Part shown: positions 25,585 through 33,439 of the stretch, one piece after another
How positions within the stretch are numbered: the first letter of the stretch is position 1
How the letters are laid out: the number at the start of each line of letters is the position of its first letter
Assembly: GCA_011109175.1 (NCBI GenBank)
Contig: RDEW01000069.1
Coordinates: 1-38,704 of the forward strand
Direction: 5' to 3'
Length of the DNA stretch: 38,704 nt
Source: Dicyema japonicum
Lineage: Eukaryota; Animalia; Dicyemida
Notes under the pieces: model-generated
What the model saw: the letters and a program-made list of their open reading frames with translations, nothing else
Databases searched by the model: none
What the model was told of the DNA's origin: nothing
Made by a program: the position numbers and the translations under genes

Positions 25585-25765
25585 AAATTGAATTTATTAA
25601 ACCAGAAAAGACAGTTATTACCAGAATAAAAAAATTCAGGTGATTTCAGCCTCCCTCAACGGTTTTCGCATGGTCTGACTTGAAGGAAGTGCCGTCCAGG
25701 AGGAAGTCCTCTGGATGGTTGTTGACTTACTGGAGCCACCATAGATGGTGAGCCACATGACGCAC
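25585..25765 (-). mobile_element. Bipartite non-autonomous element (LINE 5' ribozyme head joined to LINE 3' end)
   Basis: gtgcgtcatgtggctcacc...ggtggc and ccagaggacttcc..ctggacggca match 29027-28920, joined to LREAEIT* and a family-like 3' UTR. Confidence 0.8.
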
Positions 25766-25859
25766 GATAATAATTCAAGCTCCCTGGAACCAAAGAGAAG
25801 AGGATGAACAGAAGAAACAAACAAAAAATCTTCATATTATCACGTTCTCAATCCCCTTC

Positions 25860-25992
25860 TCAGATATAGGTCCTTTCAACAACTGTGCCGTGCCAAAAGA
25901 ACTCATCGCGTAACTGGTGGGAGCTTCTTGACAAGAATTGGCCTTCACTGAAAAGTCCATCTATCTGATTCGAACCCACGACTTTCAAATCC
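25860..25992 (-). mobile_element. 5' part of the putative tRNA-SINE
   Basis: agtcgtgggttcgaatc...tcccacca...tggcacg.ca.agttgttgaaagg, shared with 19889-20000. Confidence 0.65.
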
Positions 25993-28846
25993 TTTCCGGT
26001 ATTATTATTATTATTATTATTTAAGCCAAAGAAACACCGTCTTAACCAATAACTAATATTCAGGTGATCCCGGCATCTCTCAATAATCGGGCCATTTTTT
26101 CTCGATGCTCCGACCGTGATCCCACGCATTTTCTATACGGACGAGGGTCTTTTTCCTTTCCTCTTCTGAAATTGCCTCCAGTTGCCTCTATGATAGACTC
26201 GAGTGCTCTGGGGGCAATTTCTTTATCTGTATATTTTTCTAGTAATTTTTTTGCTCTTGACTGGATCTTTTGAATTTTTGTTAGGTTCGTTGCCGACAGG
26301 TTAGATCCCCATGCAGCACATGCATAGCCTATTGTTGGCTCGACATACTGCTTGTAGAGGGTCCCGATACCTGGCGGATAAATTCCTCCACAGTTCCAAA
26401 GGAAGGCATTTACAAAATTGATTTTCTTTGCACAGGTTGATATGATAGATTCCACATGGGCTAAGAAGCAGAGGAAAGTATCAAAAGTTACACCCAGTAT
26501 CTTCTGCGATTTCTTTTGTGGTATAGGTACTCCATTTAACGTGACATCAATTGTTTGCGTTCCCATCTTTCTATTCTTGGTAAATAGAATGACTGCTGAC
26601 TTTTCGGAACATGCATTTAATCGATTTTCGCACAACCATTCAAATATGTTATTTAGTATTCCTTGTAGTCTTTCTTTAGCATGTTCGACATTTACGTCCC
26701 TAGATGCGACAACTATGTCATCGGCATAAGAAAGTAGCATGTCATTATCATTCATAGGTACGGGAAGATCACTCGAAAACAAATTAAAAAGGGGTACACC
26801 ATTGGGTAATAATCCGATCTGGAACTCTTGTTTCCGACGGACACTTTCCCTCGGCGTCCACATACGAAATTTGCTAACCATAACTTTAATGGTGCATCAA
26901 TTTTTGTCAAAAATATTTTTCGTATGAGAATCTTCATTGGGACAGAGTCGAAAGCTTTTTGAATGTCGATCGTACATATGACCGATTTTTCCTGTTTTGG
27001 CTTGTTCTTGTGTCCTTCAGTTATGAACTTCATTAATGTTGTTAGGAAGGAGGTTGTTGATAATCCTTCCTTGAAGCCATGTTGGAATGTAGGTTGTGGG
27101 AGAGAAGGGCGAATAACTTTTAGGACCAGTTTCTCCAGGATCCTCGACAAACACATATAAGGGAAACTGGTCTGTAAGAGCCGGGATCGTTCTTCGGTCT
27201 TCCCGGCTTCAATATTGGTCGAATTTTTGATAGTTTCCATAAAGTCGGTATGGTATTTGTGTTCAGCGATGTGTTGTAGACGATTGTTAATGCATTTATT
27301 GATGCTGGGCCCAAGTGTTTCAGCAGAATAAGAGGAATTCCGTCTGGGCCACATGAGTTTGTTTTTTTCTGATTTGATATTGCTTTGGATACATCTTTAG
27401 TGAGAAAATAAATCAGCGGGGCAAATTTGGATGGCTTTCTCTTTATTTTGGTTTGTGTGTTAATCTTTTTATAAGGAATGTGACTGATTCGAATACAATG
27501 TTTTATATATTTATTCAGATTGAGCTGGCATTGTTCTTTGTTATCTTCGTATTCTGGGTTCTTCAGACGCCTCAACATCTTCCACATGTTGGAAATTGAG
27601 GTCTGATTATTCATGGCAGCAGAGATTCGAATGAGTTTCTTCCTTTGGGTGTTGTTTGTGCTTTTCGTGATAAGAATGTTTAGTGACCTGATTCGATTAA
27701 TAACCTCTCGTGAACGATGTATCATTCTCTTAAGGTTGTTTCTTTCCATAATTATTTTCTTTGTTTTTGAGTCGTATTTCAATTTTTCGTTTTTTATATA
27801 TGCTTTTCTGATAAAAATATTTCTCCCGTCAATGATTGTTTTGTTGAAATAGTATACAGCTTTGTCTATGGAGGAGAAATTTTCAGGTTGGAAATGTTGC
27901 AGTTTTGAATCAACGAAATTTGTAAAGCCAGTCCGATTTGCATTTTTGTAATCATAGAAATGAATAGGCTTCGGTACAAAGCGTGGCTCGCAGTTCAGCT
28001 TCATTAACATTGAATGGTGGTCGCTCCGGAGGTCATAACGGACCGTCCAATTAATGATCGGGGAAAGACGAGGTGAGCAGACGGATAAGTCCGGAGATGT
28101 CACCATGTCCTTCGTGTTGTATGGTGTCCTAGTGTTCTTTTTCGGGTTGTTGATGATTATTAAGTTTTGCATTTGGGATAATAGCAGGTTTCCTCTGTTA
28201 TCAGCGATTGGTAGCGGAACCAAGAAGGATGCTTCGCATTCAGGTCTCCACATAAAAGCAAGTTCTCCAGTTTGTCCAAGGTAGATAGGTCAAAGGAGAA
28301 ATTTTTCTTGCAGAAGACAGGAGGAGGAACATAAACATTCGCAATTTCAATTTTTCCAATGGAAGTTATAACAGAGATTCCAATTATCTCCGTGTTCGAG
28401 TCTTCCATTAANTTCGCATTAAGGTCTCCACATAAAAGCAAGTTCTCCAGTTTGTCCAAGGTAGATAAGTCAAAGAAGAAATTTTTCTTGCAGGAGCCAG
28501 GAGGAGGAACATAAACATTCGCAATTTCAATTTTTCCAATGGAAGTTATAACAGAGATTCCAATTATCTCCGTGTTCGAGTCTTCCATTAAGCTCTTGTA
28601 AAGAGAAGGGTTCTCGAGGTATTTTATTCCTTTTCTCACAAGAGTCAGTAGACCCCCTCCTTGGCCAGATGGGCGGTCGGATCTTACTGTGTTGTATCCG
28701 TTAAAGAGAGGAGTAGGAATGTTATTTGAAAGTTTCGTTTCCTGGAGAAGGCAGATGTCCACTCTGTTCCTCTCCAAGAATAAGGAAAGTTCGGCAATTT
28801 TTCCTCTGATCCCGTTTATGTTTAAGCTTTGGATTGTTAACTTCTT

Positions 28847-28900
28847 TGGGCCTGGGTTTTGTTCCACGTCTCCTGAGGTCAACAGTCTCAATCGATAGAA
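28847..28900 (-). other. 2A-like StopGo ribosomal-skipping peptide
   Basis: FYRLRLLTSGDVEQNPG/P matches the D(V/I)ExNPGP consensus with an upstream LL..GD, immediately before the APE domain. Confidence 0.9.
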
Positions 28901-28959
28901 TGTTCCAACAGTGAGAGAATGCCGTCCAGTGGGAAGTCCTCTGGTTGGTAGAGAGCAAA

Positions 28960-29027
28960 TGGTTCTTTTTAGATATAGTTTAAAACTATACCCGACGCCA
29001 CCAGAAACGGTGAACCACATGACGCAC
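28960..29027 (-). ncRNA. HDV-like self-cleaving ribozyme at the LINE 5' end (predicted)
   Basis: P1 (GT)GCGTC/GGCGT(C); J1/2 AUG; P2 TGGTTC/GAACCA; P3 ACC/GGT; GG after P1'; P4 GTATAGTT../..AACTATAT; J4/2 CTAAAAA with a candidate catalytic C at 28972. L3 (GTTTCT) and the base of P1 deviate from consensus. Confidence 0.7.
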
Positions 29028-29279
29028 ACAGTGTTTTCCTCATCCATGTCTTCGAGATCCCCCTGACATTAAACGAGAGTAGGTTGAAACCATCCCATTG
29101 AATCTTGTATTTTTCAGACTGCATTTAAAGAGCCACGTCACTAACTCAACCAATTTATGACGCACGCTAAAATTATAAACATAAATAAATTCATATTTAA
29201 TTAATTAAAAATCATTTTTAAGATAAATAATAGTAAAATGTTTTGTTTTAATATTTTAAATATATGTGGGTTGTTGTGA

Positions 29280-30010
29280 ATGGATACTTCTTTAACTAAA
29301 AACACTGGTATTTCTGATGTAAACATCATAGAATGGGATTCTGACTCTTGCAATCATCTCATAGATAGACTTTTACCTTGCCATGATCCAGATATGCCTT
29401 CGTATCCTTTGAAAGAACTCTTTGATGAAATTAATTGGGAGAAAATTGCCTTTAATTCATTTTCCCCAAAGAATTGCCGCCAAAAAATTGAATTTCTAAC
29501 AAACGATGTTTTTTCCTTTTAAAATATTTAGGTCAGACAGCAGACGACCCTCGGAGATGTCCTTGACCGAATTTACTTCAATTTGGACAATATCGTGAAA
29601 AATTTAAACTTTTATCAAAATTACCATCAATTTTATCCAACCAAAGAATTCTCCCACGTGTGCGTCGATCTGTGTAACAAAATACCGTAAATTCCTTTTA
29701 TATATCATGTTAGATTGAAGGATGAGGTTTCGGGTTATGAACGACTTTACACTACTAGAAGACCTCGTCAGAGGACGCCGAAAAAGGCCCTTACTGAGAG
29801 AAGAGCTAGAATTCCTCGCAGGAAGCTTATTGGGGGACCTGTGTTTATTATTTTGATGTTGACTAGAAATTAGATGATGATCGCAATATGATCAATTTTT
29901 TAGAGTTTGTGGGTAAGCGATATCCACGTGGCATAAATAACATGACTGAATTGGGCAAGAAAGAAATTGTTAATGATTTTATAAATTATATTAATAATAA
30001 AACTGACTGA
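29280..30010 (+). CDS. UBF (nucleolar transcription factor 1)-like protein, 217 aa; exons 29280-29507, 29532-29686, 29714-29840, 29867-30010
   Basis: Removing three GT-AG introns (24, 27, 26 nt) gives a stop-free frame. WDSDSCNHLIDRL...INWEKIAFNSFSPKNCRQKIEFLTND|VRQQTTLGDVL aligns with the UBF N-terminal domain (WEKVAFKDFS...C..K.......VRKFRTLTEL) across the first splice junction. Confidence 0.8.
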
Positions 30011-30139
30011 CTTTAATTTTAGTTTATTTTTTTGACAATTAAATTATTTTATTAGTTATTATTATGAGTTAACAATCCCCGTTTGAGGTCCTTGTGAGGA
30101 ATTCATATTCTCAAAATGGAAAACCGCCAGAAGAATGGT

Positions 30140-30220
30140 ACTATCGAAAATGTGTCGGTTCCTGAGAACAACACCGGGAAAAGATTGGAAAATTGCTGAG
30201 AGAAGCCGGGATTGCCTGAT
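30140..30220 (+). mobile_element. LINE 3' coding end (GIT family)
   Basis: YRKCVGS*EQHREKIGKLLREAGIA*. Confidence 0.75.
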
Positions 30221-30499
30221 GGCGTTTTCCTTATAAAAAGTGTTTATCTGTTTATTTCTGGCTTGATAATAAAGTTAAGGGGAAGTAATACGAAATGGTA
30301 GGGTTTGCTAACCGACTTCTTCCACACAGTCTCCCAAAAATCGATCATACANAATGTAAGGTATCGATCGTATATCAATCTCATGATTTTTTGCGTTCCG
30401 AAAATTTTCAGCTTCCGTTTTATGTTTGAATATTGTGACGTCGGACTTGGAGGGGGAGGTGGTTGGTTAATAACCAAGACTCTAGAGAATCTAAGTGTG

Positions 30500-31180
30500 T
30501 TTGGACGCGGGCTGAAATAATGTTTCTATCCCAAGCCGCGAGGATCAAGTCATCCGTATAGGACCAGCGTATCTTCCAGCTCTGGTATGCTACTCAAGTG
30601 GAGGTTGAACAAAGTCGGAGAGAAGGCAGAACCTTTAGGGATTCCGTTTTTGAGGTAACAGGCACGAGATTTCTTTGACATAATCAAGGTACGTCCAAGT
30701 CTGCCATGATTTTAGCCATCTCTGTATGAATTGGAATACTCGTTGCGGTTATCTTGTTGCAAACAACTTGCCGGGCCTCAGTAATGTCGATGAGGGCAAG
30801 AATAGCACGGAGTTGCGGTTTGCGATTGTTGAATCCATCCTCAATAAAGTCAGTTGGTTAGATCGGTTGAGGTTGAATGCTTTATGCGGAAGCTGTGCTG
30901 AGAGTCGGACAGATTTAGGTGTATCTCTCAAGAATATTTGAGGCAGCACAAAGGAGGGAAATTAGTCGAAAGGATCCTGAGTCATGTGGGTCCTTATTAT
31001 TGCCCATTGTTTTCAGAGCATAATCGCAAATTCTGAATTCAAGGATGTATGAAAGATGACTGTAAGGGTCGCAGTTCGTTTTGCCCAAGATTTTTTAAAT
31101 GATGTATGCATATTCCGTCTGGGCCTTTTGAGTGGAGTTCTTTGCATCATTATCAGGACACGCATCAGTCCGAGCAAATG
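30500..31180 (-). pseudogene. LINE RT fragment
   Basis: GPDGICIHHLKNLG, DSGSFRLISLLCAASNILE, NGIPKGSAFSPTLFNL and YTDDL. Confidence 0.85.
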
Positions 31181-31239
31181 TTAAAAGACACCCAAAATTT
31201 TTGAATAACGTTCCAAATAAAGCAATTGAATTTATTCCA

Positions 31240-31803
31240 TTATTTTATTTTATTTATTTAACCCAAGACCACGGTAAGACCAAATTAATTATCACGTGAT
31301 CTCGATGCATTCTAACAGAGACCTCATCTTTGATCGGTGATCTTCTTTCGTGCCCGCGCATGAACGTACAGGACGGCTGCCTGATTTTTCTAGGCCACCT
31401 TCCCGTGATCTGGAGTCTAGTCTCATAAGGGCCTCCAGAGACGTAGGTCCGGTTCGGTGATCTTCACAAATCCAACGCTCCGTCAATCTGTAAGCTCTCT
31501 TTTGCATTTCCTCAATTTTTTTCATATTTGTCCAAGATATGGACGGTCCCACAGAGGTAAATAGTGACGTAGACGACTTCTCTGCATTCACCACGAGCCG
31601 GTTGTCCATTATCCAGGCATTAAGCCTGTCAAGGTTAATTTGTATTTTCTTTGTGGCCTTCTGGATGTCCTGATCTCGCTAAGCCAACACAATATCATCC
31701 GCATAGGAAAGAACATCATTATCAGATTCAAGAGTCGAGAGATCAGCCAGAAAAAGGTTAAACAGAGCAGGGGATAAAGAAGGTCCTTGAGGGACTCCGT
31801 TTC
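31240..31803 (-). pseudogene. 5'-truncated, internally deleted LINE 3' part (GIT family)
   Basis: NGVPQGPSLSPALFNLFLAD, SYADDIVL, NAEKS and RSCAGTKEDHRSKMRSLLECIEIT*, plus the family UTR and an A-rich tail. Confidence 0.9.
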
Positions 31804-31959
31804 ATTTTTAAATCTTTTTTTTAAATAAAAACTTTATTAATAATTAATTAACACAGCCATTCATCCAAAGTAGTCCCCACCGACATTATCGACGCTTTTA
31901 ATTTTTACCAAATTAAAAATTCGAAAATTTCAATCGGCTAAAAGCCACTACAATTTTTT

Positions 31960-32388
31960 TCAATATATTTAACACAAAATAGATTTTCGAAATTNAATAT
32001 TAACAAGTGGAAGGAGTGTATGTCATCTATAATGACGATTGGAGCTAAATCGAGTGACCCTGACCGACTCAGAAACAGAGGGGGTTTTCTGTTGAAGGAT
32101 GCTGCGGATTTACAGAGGTTTAACAATGAGTGTGGAAAGCTGGATGCAAAAATATTAGGATTTGTTATTGATGATGAGGAACTGAGTGAATTGATTGAAG
32201 AACAAAAAGGGGCTTTCAAAGAACTTGTGACTGAAGAGAAGCAAATAATGAGTGATAGTAAGGTATCTCGTAATGATAGTGTGAAAAAGAGTAGAGGAGA
32301 ACAGTCAAAATATACCCATTCTGTATTTTTTTATGTTATTTAGACTCCATTGTCGGTTAGTAATACTAACAAGGGAAATAAATGTTAG
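31960..32388 (+). CDS. PRC1: PRC1/Ase1/MAP65-family microtubule bundler, 3' portion only; 21 nt intron at 32323-32343
   Basis: INKWKECMSSIMTIGAKSSDPDRLRNRGGFLLKD matches the PRC1 KW.........KASDPNRFxNRGGxLLKE signature. The last exon reads TPLSVSNTNKGNKC*. The 5' end is obscured by the N at 31995 and upstream LINE sequence. Confidence 0.7.
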
Positions 32389-33439
32389 ATTTGATTTGTT
32401 ATAAACTTTCACTTTATTACAAACTCGTTGCAAAAGTAATAGTTTCACAACTATGTCTTTTTACATAATCATTATGCGACATTTATACTAATATTGTGGT
32501 TTAATGTGAAGTAGCACATAAAAATTCTTTAATTGTAGACAAATGCTTTCTCTAAGACTTGGGTTGAATAATGTTAGCATTTTTTGTTGAGATTATACAA
32601 AATATCAATCTTTCATAAAGCGATTAAACGTAATCCTTTCCCAAGAAGTGGTAAATACAATTAACGCAGGTATAAAATGTATACAATCCCTGATCATGGT
32701 CGGAACTGCTAATATATTTCAGATATATGAAAAATTGTTATGAAAAAGAATCAAATAAACCTGGTAATAATGTAAATCCAATATATCCCCAATTATTCTC
32801 AACAAGTTGTATGAACAGAAAATGAATAATGAGTTAACCGTAATATTTGTCCAAATATAAGCTTAATAGGATATGAATTCCATAATATTGATGTGGGGTG
32901 TTTTTATTTCGTGGACATGATGTATCGATGTCTCCGAGTCAGTCATTTGACCACAGTCAGATTGAAAAATGGATTACGTCCGTCACAGGAATATCAAGAT
33001 ATTTAGTTCTATAGAGCTACATCAGCTCGACCTCTTGATCTTTTAACCAAACTGGTGATATGGAATAATTCATTTTACGAAATGATTTCGTCTCCTCAGT
33101 TGAAAAATTACATCCTACATTTATCCATGACTTCATGGTTAGTTTTCTTCTAATAGACTATCCCGGTCCCAAGAGTTTCATGAAGTTTTATAATTAGTTG
33201 TTACTATGATCTGTGCATATGATCCTCCTGGTTACTTGGTCAAGGGTTTCTTGAATTTTCCTCAGTTCCTTCATTTCATTACGTTATTATCATCATGACA
33301 TGTGATTTACCTGCTTATAAGGCGCATAGTGCCAGAATTGCATCAAAAAGGTTAAATTACTCTTTTTTACCTCGGGGAATTTTTCGTACACTTTGATCTT
33401 AGCCAAAAGACCAAGAAGAGACCAAACCAAACCAAATTT

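Larger units (their letters stand above)
26000..29027 (-). mobile_element. Near full-length single-ORF APE-RT non-LTR retrotransposon (Ingi/Vingi-like); frameshifted copy
   Basis: APE motifs LNING, LQETK, NVYVPP, GDLNAKH, DLS, SDH; RT motifs GPDGI, ILKPG..YRPVSL, QHGFK, DIQKAFDSV, YADD, ILGVTFD; ends LRDAGIT* plus (TAA)n. No ORF1. Frameshifts near 28210, 27150 and 26820, and the QGS motif is deleted. Confidence 0.93.

Noticed and set aside
28233-28591. 179 bp tandem duplication inside the APE domain
   Set aside because: The two copies meet at a single N (28412) and differ by SNPs, typical of an overlapping contig join rather than a real domain duplication.
26064-28898. Plus-strand ORFs overlapping the LINE (similarly 11135-11924 and 33598-37843)
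   Set aside because: They are antisense shadows of RT or gag coding sequence with no recognisable motifs.
29028-29047. ORF-track start (ATG 29047) for the LINE ORF
   Set aside because: It lies upstream of where homology with the other heads begins, so it is probably flanking sequence.
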